DNA of 64,000 bases. It comes from an uncultured Rhodobacteraceae bacterium. GTDB taxonomy: Bacteria > Pseudomonadota > Alphaproteobacteria > Rhodobacterales > Rhodobacteraceae. Below the pieces are notes generated by a model. The model ran no database searches. It was not told the DNA's origin and saw only the letters and a program-made list of their open reading frames with translations. This document shows positions 59,164 to 64,000 of this stretch, piece by piece; position 1 is the first letter of the stretch, and each line of letters starts with the position of its first letter. The stretch covers positions 133,251 to 197,250 of the forward strand of contig CANNFR010000008.1 in the NCBI GenBank assembly GCA_947503935.1, written 5' to 3'. Made by a program: the position numbers and the translations under genes.

Positions 59164-60084
59164 TCAGCGCATGATCGCGACCTCCGGCACCTCAGTGGCG
59201 ATGATGTCGCGGATGGTGTCGGCAAGCGCGGAGAATTCCGCCGCCCGCACGCTGCTCTTGCGCCAGACCATGCCGATGATGCGCGCGGGCGGGGTGCCTT
59301 GCATGGGGCGCGCCACCACAAGTGTCTCGCGCGCAACCTCGGACCGGACATAGAGCGCGGGCAGCAGCGACAGCCCCATGCCCATCGCCACCATCTGGCG
59401 CAAGGTGTCTAGGCTGGTGCCCTCGTAATCATGGCTGAGATCGGCCCCGATCGCCTCGGTCAGCTGCCGGACCTGGTTGTAAAGCTGGTGTCCCGGCTCC
59501 AGCGCCATGATCGTCTCGCCCCGCAGATCGGCGGGCGCGATGTCGGGTTGCGCGGCCAGGGGGTGGTCATGGGGCGCCACGACCAGCAGCGGTTCGCGGA
59601 AAAGCCGCGTCGCGACCAAGTTGCGTTCTGGCACCGGCAGCGGGAAGAACAGAAGATCCAGCGCGCCGTCATCCAGCTGCCCGGTCAGCGCCCTCGGCAG
59701 CCCCTCGCGCACATAGAGCTTGAGGCCGGGATGGCGCTGGCGCAGCTGCGGCACGATCAGCGGCAGGAAGTATGAGCCCAGCGATTGCACCACGCCGACA
59801 CGGATCGTGGCCGTCAGCGGCGCCTGGCCCTGGCGCGCAAGTTCAACAATCTCGGTCATGTCGCGCAAGACACCCTTGGCACGGGCCGCGATATCGCGGC
59901 CTAGAGGGGTCAGCACCACCTTCGCCCGGCTTCGTTCCACCAAGGGCACGCCCAGCCGCGCCTCAAGCTCCTTCAATTGCGCCGAGAGGGTGGGTTGCGT
60001 CACATGGCATTCCTCGGCCGCACGGCGGAAATGCAGCGTCTCGGACAGGGCGACCAGATAGCGAAGCTGTTGCAGGGTTGGCAT
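59164..60084 (-). CDS. LysR-family regulator, OxyR-like but lacking both redox cysteines
   Basis: The HTH (LRYLVALSETLHFRRAAEECHVTQPTLS) and effector domain align by eye with E. coli OxyR. Gln and Thr stand at the C199 and C208 positions. Confidence 0.8.
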   Translation of the reverse strand: MPTLQQLRYLVALSETLHFRRAAEECHVTQPTLSAQLKELEARLGVPLVERSRAKVVLTPLGRDIAARAKGVLRDMTEIVELARQGQAPLTATIRVGVVQSLGSYFLPLIVPQLRQRHPGLKLYVREGLPRALTGQLDDGALDLLFFPLPVPERNLVATRLFREPLLVVAPHDHPLAAQPDIAPADLRGETIMALEPGHQLYNQVRQLTEAIGADLSHDYEGTSLDTLRQMVAMGMGLSLLPALYVRSEVARETLVVARPMQGTPPARIIGMVWRKSSVRAAEFSALADTIRDIIATEVPEVAIMR

Positions 60085-60095
60085 CGCGGCTTTTT

Positions 60096-60112
60096 GATAG
60101 ATAAAAGCTATC
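60096..60112. promoter_or_regulatory. LysR-type T-N11-A box GATAG-N7-CTATC in the lysR/usp divergent promoter
   Basis: A perfect dyad lies 12 bp upstream of the LysR start codon, between the divergent genes. Confidence 0.55.
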
Positions 60113-60186
60113 AAGTCCAGCTGCAATTTCGATTGGACCCGCGTTTCCTGCGGACCTATGTCGCCACTCAACGTGGGGAAAAACCG

Positions 60187-61158
60187 ATGCAGCGCTTTCG
60201 CAACATTCTGGTCGTGGTCGAGGAAGAGAGCCACCATGCCGCCGCGGTGGAGCGGGCGATCTGGCTGGCCAGGGCCAATGAGGCCAGGCTGACCTTCCTG
60301 GATGTGGCGGGCAGCGAAGAGGGCGAGCTTTCCCGCCTTTTCAGCATGTTGCCGGGCGCGCGGGCCGATGTGATGGGCGAAGAGGTCATGGGCTTTCATC
60401 GCGAGCGCGTGCAGGCCCTGGCCGCGCAGGCGGAAGGCGAGGGCCTGCAGGCTACGGCCGAGGTCGTGACCGGGACGGCCTTTCTGGCAATCATCCGATA
60501 CGCGATGCGGCAGGGTCACGATTTGATCTTGAAGGGGCAGCATACCGGCGCCTCGGGGCTGACGGGGGCGTTCCGGGGGCCTGATCTGCATCTGATGCGC
60601 AAGGCGCCCTGTCCGGTCTGGATCTTGCGTGACGACACCGCCTCGGGCACGCGGTGCATTCTGGCCTGTATCGACCCCGACGCGATGGAGGATGACGATA
60701 CCCGCGTCGACCTGAACCGGACGGTCATGCAACTGGCCCTGTCACTGGCCGAACGCGATGGTGCCTCGGTCGACATCCTCGGCGTCTGGCGCGTGCAGGA
60801 GGAGGCCGCCTTGCGCTCGGGCCGGGTGACGCTGGCGCCGGGGGAGGTAGACACCATCGTTGAGGGCGAGCGTGTAGCCAGCCTGGCGCGGCTTGAGGCG
60901 TTGGCGGCCGAATTTGCCGATCGTCCGGTTCGGACAAACCTCTTGCATCTCAAAGGGGTTCCGGGCGATGTCATCCCCGATCACGCGGCCAGCGCGGGAA
61001 TCGATACGATCGTGATGGGTACCGTCGGGCGGACCGGCATTTCGGGTTTCTTCATTGGCAATACGGCTGAGACGATCCTGAACCGGGCGGCCTGTTCGGT
61101 GTTGACGCTCAAGCCGCCGCAATTCGTCTCGCCCGTTCTTCCGGATGGCGCGGCATAA
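60187..61158 (+). CDS. tandem universal stress protein (two UspA domains)
   Basis: Two Usp-like halves. The second ends with GTVGRTGISGFFIGNTAE..L....CSVL, a typical ATP-binding Usp signature. Confidence 0.8.
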   Translation: MQRFRNILVVVEEESHHAAAVERAIWLARANEARLTFLDVAGSEEGELSRLFSMLPGARADVMGEEVMGFHRERVQALAAQAEGEGLQATAEVVTGTAFLAIIRYAMRQGHDLILKGQHTGASGLTGAFRGPDLHLMRKAPCPVWILRDDTASGTRCILACIDPDAMEDDDTRVDLNRTVMQLALSLAERDGASVDILGVWRVQEEAALRSGRVTLAPGEVDTIVEGERVASLARLEALAAEFADRPVRTNLLHLKGVPGDVIPDHAASAGIDTIVMGTVGRTGISGFFIGNTAETILNRAACSVLTLKPPQFVSPVLPDGAA

Positions 61159-61215
61159 TTCACTGGAAACGCGGGACAATCGCGCCAGATAAGGACGAGG
61201 TTGAGGGCAGGACGT

Positions 61216-63489
61216 ATGGCGGGATCGTCAGAACATCACGGCACGGATTGGAGCGTGGGCGCTTTTCTGCCCGCAGTTCTGCCAGCTTTGCTGTTTGTCT
61301 GGGCCGCGGGCTATCTGCCGCTGATCGCGTCGGGCGAGGTGGCCCGCCCGGTCTTGGACTGGGTGCCCTCGCTTGGCATCGCGCTGTCCTTCCTGATTGA
61401 CGGCCTGTCGCTGACCTTCACGCTGCTGATCACCGGCATCGGCACACTGGTGATGCTTTATGCCGGGCAGTACATGTCGGGGCACAAGCATTACGTCCGC
61501 TTCATGAGCTACCTGACCGCCTTCATGCTGTCGATGCTGGGGCTTGTGCTGGCCGACAACCTGATCGCGCTCTTCGTCTTCTGGGAGCTGACGACGATCA
61601 CCTCTTACCTGCTGATCGGTTTCGATCATGCGACCGCGAAATCGCGCCGCTCGGCCTTGCAGGCCTTGCTGCTGACCGGCACGGGTGCGCTGGCGATGCT
61701 GGCGGGCTTCATCCTGATCGGCACGGTGGCGGGCACGTTCGAGCTGTCGGAAATCCTGTCGCAGCCGGGCGTTCTGACCGAGCATCCTTGGTACCTGGCG
61801 ATCCTGCTCCTGATCCTGGCAGGCGCCTTCACCAAATCGGCGCAATTCCCGTTCCATTTCTGGCTGCCGAACGCCATGGCCGCACCCACGCCGGTCTCGG
61901 CCTACCTGCATTCGGCCACCATGGTGAAAGGCGGCGTCTACCTTCTGGCGCGGCTGCATCCGGGCCTTGGCGGCACCGATGTCTGGCTCTGGACGCTGAC
62001 GATCTTCGGGGCGATCACGGCCGTCTTCGCCAGTATTCTGGCCCTGCGGCAGACCGATCTGAAACAGGTCCTGGCCTATACGACGCTGATGGCGCTTGGC
62101 ACGCTGACGCTGTTTCTGGCCTTCGACGATTCCGTCGCGATCACGGCGGCGGTGACCTTTCTGATCATTCATTCGCTCTACAAGGCGTGTCTCTTTCTGG
62201 TGGCCGGGATCATCGATCACGGCACCGGCACCCGCGAGGTGTCGCGCCTGCGCGGGCTGGCCCGGGCCATGCCGATCACAACCGCTGCGGCGGCTCTGGC
62301 CGCGCTTTCGATGGCGGGCTTCCCCCCGTTTTTCGGCTTCATCGGCAAGGAGTTGATGTACAAAGGTGGGACCGAGGCGATGCATGCGCCCATCTTCGTA
62401 ACCGCAGCCGCCCTGGCGGCCAATGCGCTGATGGTGGCGGCCGCCGCAATCGTGGCCTTCCGGCCGTTCTGGGGCAGGGGCGAGGCCGAGACCGAGCCCG
62501 GCGTGACCCCGCATGAAGCCGCCTGGCCGATGTGGATCGGCCCCGCGATCCTGGGCCTTGGCGGTCTTGTCCTGGGTCTGGCGCCAATTCTGGCGGCCCC
62601 GCTGGTTAATGCCACGGTCGCCGCGATCCTGCCTGGCGGTGAAGGCTATGAGCTGAAGCTCTGGCACGGCGTCAACCTAGCGCTGATGCTTAGCCTCGCC
62701 ACCTTCGCGCTCGGCTTTTTGATCTATGCGTTCTCGGATCGTCTTCGCGCCGGGCTGGCCGCGCTGGAGGCGCGCAATCCGATCCATTTCGACAACGGCT
62801 GGGACCATGTCATCGACGGCGTGAAGGCCTTCGCCGGCTGGCAGACGCGGGTCATCCAATCGGGCGCCTTGCGGGTCTATCTGCGTATCACCTTTGTCAC
62901 GCTTTTTCTGGCCATCGGCGGCACCATCTTCGCGTTTGGCGCGTTCGACGTCAGCGTGGTCTTCCCCAATCTTCTGGTCAAGCAATGGGCGGTGATCTTG
63001 CTGATCGTGGCGGGCACCGCATTGGTCGTGCTGACCAGATCGCGGATCACCGCGATTGCGGGCCTGGGCGTGGTCGGCATCGGCGTGGCGCTGATCTTCA
63101 TCATCTACGGCGCGCCCGACGTGGCGATCACCCAGCTTCTGGTCGAAACGCTGGTCGTCGTTCTGGTGGCGGTCGTTCTGCTGCGCTTGCCCTATCTCTA
63201 CCCCGAGGGGAAGGTGATCCACCGCAAGTTCGACGCCCTTCTGGCCCTGGCGCTTGGCGCGGGCACGACGATGATCCTTCTGATGGTCAATGCCGGGCCG
63301 CTTGACCGGCGGCTGACCACGTTCTTTGAACAGGCCTCGTGGCCCGAGGCTTATGGCCGCAACATCGTCAACGTGATCCTTGTCGACTTCCGCGCCTTGG
63401 ATACGTTCGGCGAGATTGCCGTGGTCCTGGTGGCCGCATTGTCAGCCTTCGTGCTGCTGAAGGGTATGAAGCGGGAGAAGGCGGAATGA
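61216..63489 (+). CDS. mrpA: Na+(K+)/H+ antiporter subunit A (MrpA/MnhA)
   Basis: NuoL-like multi-TM protein (WELTTI.SYLLIG, FHFWLP.AM..PTPVSA.LHSATMV) with a C-terminal MnhB-like extension. ATG 61216 is preferred over TTG 61201. Confidence 0.88.
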   Translation: MAGSSEHHGTDWSVGAFLPAVLPALLFVWAAGYLPLIASGEVARPVLDWVPSLGIALSFLIDGLSLTFTLLITGIGTLVMLYAGQYMSGHKHYVRFMSYLTAFMLSMLGLVLADNLIALFVFWELTTITSYLLIGFDHATAKSRRSALQALLLTGTGALAMLAGFILIGTVAGTFELSEILSQPGVLTEHPWYLAILLLILAGAFTKSAQFPFHFWLPNAMAAPTPVSAYLHSATMVKGGVYLLARLHPGLGGTDVWLWTLTIFGAITAVFASILALRQTDLKQVLAYTTLMALGTLTLFLAFDDSVAITAAVTFLIIHSLYKACLFLVAGIIDHGTGTREVSRLRGLARAMPITTAAAALAALSMAGFPPFFGFIGKELMYKGGTEAMHAPIFVTAAALAANALMVAAAAIVAFRPFWGRGEAETEPGVTPHEAAWPMWIGPAILGLGGLVLGLAPILAAPLVNATVAAILPGGEGYELKLWHGVNLALMLSLATFALGFLIYAFSDRLRAGLAALEARNPIHFDNGWDHVIDGVKAFAGWQTRVIQSGALRVYLRITFVTLFLAIGGTIFAFGAFDVSVVFPNLLVKQWAVILLIVAGTALVVLTRSRITAIAGLGVVGIGVALIFIIYGAPDVAITQLLVETLVVVLVAVVLLRLPYLYPEGKVIHRKFDALLALALGAGTTMILLMVNAGPLDRRLTTFFEQASWPEAYGRNIVNVILVDFRALDTFGEIAVVLVAALSAFVLLKGMKREKAE

Positions 63490-63905
63490 ATTCCCTCATC
63501 CTCATGGCCGGGTCGCGCATTCTGGTGGCTTTGCTGGTCGTCTTTTCGATCTTCATGCTGCTGCGCGGCCATAATGAGCCCGGCGGCGGCTTCATCGGCG
63601 GTCTGATCGGCGCGGTGGGCTTCGTGATCTACGCGATCTCCTGCGGCACAGCCAGCGCGCGCGAGGCGCTGCGCCTCACCCCCGAGACCATCGCCGCCGT
63701 CGGATTGGGCGTGGCCCTTTTCGGCGGATTGATGGCCGCCTTCACGGGCGACGCCTTCTTCACCGGCCAATGGCTGTTCATTGGTGAGACCGAGGACGAT
63801 AAGGGCCTGCCACTGTCGTCGGTGCTGGTCTTCGATGTGGGGGTCTATCTTGTGGTGTTCGGGTCGATCCTGTCGCTGGTCTTCGCGATGGAGGAGGAGA
63901 TCTGA
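63486..63905 (+). CDS. mrpB: Na+/H+ antiporter subunit B (MrpB/MnhB)
   Basis: 139 aa, four TM helices, and [14 protein letters not shown], the MnhB signature. The ATG overlaps the mrpA stop. Confidence 0.85.
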   Translation: MNSLILMAGSRILVALLVVFSIFMLLRGHNEPGGGFIGGLIGAVGFVIYAISCGTASAREALRLTPETIAAVGLGVALFGGLMAAFTGDAFFTGQWLFIGETEDDKGLPLSSVLVFDVGVYLVVFGSILSLVFAMEEEI

Positions 63906-64000
63906 TGGAAACCGCCCTTGCCTTTCTGATCGGCCTTTTGGTGGCGGCGGCCATCTATCTGATGCTGGCGCGGTCGATCCTGCGCTTTCTCTTCGGTCTT
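63905..64000 (+). CDS. mrpC: Na+/H+ antiporter subunit C (MrpC/MnhC), 5' part only
   Basis: The ATG overlaps the mrpB stop. The NuoK-like N-terminus [21 protein letters not shown] runs off the right edge. Confidence 0.75.
   Translation, partial: METALAFLIGLLVAAAIYLMLARSILRFLFGL

Noticed and set aside
61228-62667. 479-aa ORF on the minus strand
   Set aside because: It is antisense to mrpA, which has unmistakable NuoL-like motifs. It is extremely Arg/Gln/Gly/Asp-rich.

Overview
This is a high-GC chromosomal segment, roughly 63% GC in housekeeping genes by spot counts. It looks like an alphaproteobacterium, most likely Rhodobacteraceae (Paracoccus/Rhodobacter-like). The taxon guess rests on a DUF1476/zeta ATPase-inhibitor homologue, a sciP-ctrA pair plus a cckA-like kinase, and GTTC-N7-GTTC SOS boxes. 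About 65 protein genes and 2 tRNAs can be supported. Most are core genes: purM-purN, purC, purS-purQ, rnd, sufE, rne, aroQ, mnmA, ctrA, ligA-recG, hisI, recA, alaS and the start of an mrp antiporter operon. I saw no rRNA, CRISPR array, transposase or integrase, and no obvious multi-gene defence island. The non-core material is small and scattered:

- A phage-derived remnant abuts the 3' end of tRNA-Asn. It carries a frame-split protein with four FCS/TRASH-like zinc ribbons and phased 12-bp repeats.
- Two single-gene islands of about 50% GC encode a snapalysin-like metzincin (no signal peptide) and a 410-aa secreted orphan.
- A split cobalamin-dependent methionine-synthase-like module is present (Hcy-methyltransferase domain, corrinoid protein, DUF1638, YbjQ, a mini membrane protein). 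It is interrupted by a LexA-boxed, apparently leaderless PA0069-type radical SAM gene.
- An unannotated 40-codon membrane peptide lies behind a perfect SOS box downstream of recG.
- A DctD-like activator lacks the GAFTGA loop.
- Consensus CtrA boxes sit in front of ctrA and cckA.
- A structured, terminator-capped intergenic segment follows ctrA.
- A membrane alpha/beta-hydrolase-like gene is translationally coupled to a cytochrome P450.

All family calls come from motif recognition and memory, not from searches. Start codons were re-chosen by eye where the ORF track clearly over-extends.
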